Shown: piece after piece, positions 62,208 through 64,000 of the stretch | Position numbering within the stretch: position 1 is the first letter of the stretch | Layout of the letters: every line of letters begins with the position of its first letter | Assembly (NCBI GenBank): GCA_048938105.1 | Contig: JBHLMN010000007.1 | Coordinates: forward strand, 160,001-224,000 | Source of the DNA: Promethearchaeota archaeon | Lineage (GTDB): Archaea > Asgardarchaeota > Heimdallarchaeia > Hodarchaeales > Hodarchaeaceae | Direction: 5' to 3' | Length of the DNA stretch: 64,000 nt | Made by a program: the position numbers and the translations under genes | Notes under the pieces: generated by a model | Told to the model about the DNA's origin: nothing | The model's database searches: none | What the model saw: only the letters and a program-made list of their open reading frames with translations

Positions 62208-63149
62208 TTGAACGAAGAAATCTCTCTTTGTGGATTTAATTGTGGTATCTGTCCAGCCTACAAGGTCAACCTCAAAACCGATGAAGATCGGAAATTGGTG
62301 GATGAAGGATGGAAAAAGTTCCATCGAACTGGTGGATGGATTTATAAGGAACCTTATTGTGAAGGGTGTTTTAATGTTCCTGAAAAAGCACCCCTATGGA
62401 GTAGGTGCCCCATTAGAAGATGTGTTTTAACCAACAAAGTAGAGAATTGTGGGTATTGTCCTGATTATCCTTGTTCACGCCTTAAAAATATAATTTACAT
62501 AACTAAAAAGATCGCTGAAAGAACTAAAAAAAGCGGAACTAAAGATGATTTCGAAAAATTTGCGTTGCCTTTCTTAGGGGAACAAAAATTGGAGGAAATG
62601 CATCAAGAATTCATTAAAACTGTCCAAAACAACGAGTTTCAACCAGTGAATGCTCATACTATAATTTTTCCAGAAGAATTGAATCTGAAGACCTTTTCAG
62701 AAACGCAAATTGAACTAGAGAAATCCATAGAGACTCTTCAATATCTACATACAACTCTCGAAAGTATGTTGACATTGCATTGTAAAACACCTGGTGGGCA
62801 AGAACAAGAATTAAAGCAAAACAAAGAAAATTTGAAGTTTCTTTGGGTTATTGGGAGGTATGGGAAACTCATAACAAGCACTGATGAGTCTTCAATCGAG
62901 ATCACAGCAAAGGAAATCAAAAAATACCTTAAGTATGGAAAATACAGGACAACGAACAAACTAGAGACATTAGCAAGACATGGAATAAAGGGGGATTTTA
63001 TTGAAGATAAAATCACGATAATGTTCACAAAGAAACCAGATGCAGCTTTTGCACTCCAAAAATACATAACGACGCTCCTTGAAAACATCAGCGAAAGAAG
63101 GGCGTTTACAAAATTTTGGAAGGCTGATATGAACGTTTTTTGTAGTTAG
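62208..63149 (+). CDS. DUF3795-like Cys-rich domain protein
   Basis: CGFNCGICP, CEGC, CPIRRC, NCGYCPDYPC. Confidence 0.75.
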   Translation: MNEEISLCGFNCGICPAYKVNLKTDEDRKLVDEGWKKFHRTGGWIYKEPYCEGCFNVPEKAPLWSRCPIRRCVLTNKVENCGYCPDYPCSRLKNIIYITKKIAERTKKSGTKDDFEKFALPFLGEQKLEEMHQEFIKTVQNNEFQPVNAHTIIFPEELNLKTFSETQIELEKSIETLQYLHTTLESMLTLHCKTPGGQEQELKQNKENLKFLWVIGRYGKLITSTDESSIEITAKEIKKYLKYGKYRTTNKLETLARHGIKGDFIEDKITIMFTKKPDAAFALQKYITTLLENISERRAFTKFWKADMNVFCS

Positions 63150-63192
63150 ATGAAACGAACTTCGACCCCCAAAATTTCGTTCAACTTAAGCA

Positions 63193-63948
63193 CTATTCTG
63201 TGGAATCCGATTGAGGTTCACGGAACTCTCCAAGAATCTCCTTTGGTAAAGCGTAAAATCCGGTTAAAAGAATAGCTAGTGCAACTAAATATATGTGAAA
63301 CCATACATACCAGACATATTTCAGTTCTTCAAAGTGCCAAGGAGCCCAAGCAAGATACGCTATCCCAAAGAGCGTGAATCCTATTGTTATAACCTTTGGT
63401 GAATTTAACCCTGCACCTTTACCATAGTGATACCATAGAAGAGCCAAAATAAAGGCCATTGGTACAAATTCCCAATATAAAAAGCCATACATTGTCAATT
63501 CAATGTCATCAAGCAATACTAAACCTATGAAAAACCAGATTTCTCCTACTAGAAAAATCAAAAGAGCAGCAAGGTAGGTACATTTAGGACAATCTGTCAT
63601 AAGTTTAGTTACACCAATCCACATTCCCGCGACCCAGAGGATCATGGGCGTTCGCCATATTAAAAAGATTAATGGATCAGTCATATCTGCAAACCCGAAA
63701 CCCCAGGCTTGTAATAATAAACCAAGCATAGTTATTGAATAAACAAGGAAAGAAGAACCCCATATGAGCTGAAAAGGAGCTTGTTCTAGGGGTCTAGCTT
63801 TAGTAAAATAACGATAAAGTAAGTACCCTCCAATGATAAGGAGGAGTATAAATCCCACCAAGGAAACCCCAAATAAATCATAAGAAGTTGTTATCTCAGG
63901 AACAGAAAACCCATGGGGTTTAGCTATAACTATAAGAGTAGTAACCAT
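63193..63948 (-). CDS. Hypothetical 7-TM membrane protein
   Basis: About seven hydrophobic helices and no soluble output domain. Confidence 0.7.
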   Translation of the reverse strand: MVTTLIVIAKPHGFSVPEITTSYDLFGVSLVGFILLLIIGGYLLYRYFTKARPLEQAPFQLIWGSSFLVYSITMLGLLLQAWGFGFADMTDPLIFLIWRTPMILWVAGMWIGVTKLMTDCPKCTYLAALLIFLVGEIWFFIGLVLLDDIELTMYGFLYWEFVPMAFILALLWYHYGKGAGLNSPKVITIGFTLFGIAYLAWAPWHFEELKYVWYVWFHIYLVALAILLTGFYALPKEILGEFREPQSDSTE

Positions 63949-64000
63949 ATATATTATAACTATTATAACAATATACCCGCTATTTCGGGTAATAAAATCA

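Noticed and set aside
1274-63088. Numerous short antisense or alternate-frame ORFs (e.g. 1274-1567, 6342-6866, 8946-9197, 38269-38607, 57694-58020, 62738-63088)
   Set aside because: They overlap well-supported genes and have no recognisable motifs, so they are shadow ORFs.
63150-63190. Hairpin terminator between convergent genes (AACGAA...TTCGTT)
   Set aside because: The stem is short and imperfect, too weak to call.
63193-63948. Microbial rhodopsin
   Set aside because: It lacks a retinal-binding Lys motif within the seventh helix.
1-64000. CRISPR array, rRNA, IS elements
   Set aside because: No regularly spaced short repeats, long structured GC-rich RNA tract or transposase ORF was observed.

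Overview
AT-rich (roughly one-third GC by eye), gene-dense archaeal chromosomal segment. An archaeal histone with a Lys-rich N-terminal tail, CCA-less tRNAs (one with a D-loop insertion), ApgM, TrmB and PGF-CTERM-like anchors point to Archaea. Asgard (Heimdallarchaeia/Hodarchaeales-like) is my inference, not a demonstrated placement. Most genes are ordinary heterotroph functions: peptidases (M20, M24, S9, a giant S8), four ABC exporters, an OPT transporter, methyltransferases, a sulfatase with its maturase, and hydrolases. No rRNA, CRISPR array, transposase or integrase was seen. Four things stand out. (1) An orphan Hcp/T6SS-tube homologue carrying an N-terminal signal/anchor, paired with a Thr-linker, xGF-CTERM-anchored surface protein and no T6SS in the window. 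(2) A tailed histone (KTPAKKAAPK) directly downstream of an Eis-type lysine acetyltransferase and a metallophosphoesterase. (3) A bacterial-type GlnRS converging on both tRNA-Gln genes, which carry G73. (4) A 5x147-aa repeat surface protein containing a recently homogenised 95-bp block.
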